A stretch of DNA of 64,000 nucleotides from Octopus bimaculoides (lineage: Eukaryota), in contig NC_068984.1 in assembly GCF_001194135.2 (NCBI RefSeq), forward strand, positions 30,029,564 through 30,093,563, read 5' to 3'. Every line of letters starts with the position of its first letter. Position 1 is the first letter of the stretch. A model generated the notes under the pieces. That model had not been told where the DNA came from. It did not search any database and worked only from the letters and a program-made list of their open reading frames with translations. Below, in pieces: positions 63,961-64,000 of the stretch. The position numbers and the translations under genes are program-made.

Positions 63961-64000
<40 letters not shown>

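Overview
AT-rich, microsatellite-dense eukaryotic DNA from a short-read-style assembly with 12 N-gaps, most flanked by simple repeats. The SINE families and repeat landscape point to a coleoid cephalopod, most likely Octopus (inference, not database-confirmed). I recognise no complete protein-coding gene, tRNA or rRNA gene, or CRISPR array, and most long ORFs in the track are microsatellite or N-run artefacts. What can be supported is a layered set of transposon relics: pogo, Tigger, mariner and hAT DNA transposons, CR1/L2-like and RTE-like LINE pieces, a Penelope-like RT fragment and many tRNA-derived SINE copies of several families. There are also a few low-to-moderate confidence candidate exons (best: 33.5-34.2 kb and 61.5-62.2 kb, + strand) and a TATA+Inr core promoter candidate at 56.4 kb. 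The three most interesting signals are: (1) a SINE-like element at 61.0-61.4 kb joining a Pol III tRNA-type head to a Penelope-type minimal hammerhead ribozyme; (2) a ~98% identical 216-bp inverted repeat interleaved with a mariner relic at 16.7-17.5 kb; (3) a shared AAYAT/GATRT-start target-site signature in five SINE insertions, two of which form a head-to-head pair at a palindromic site.
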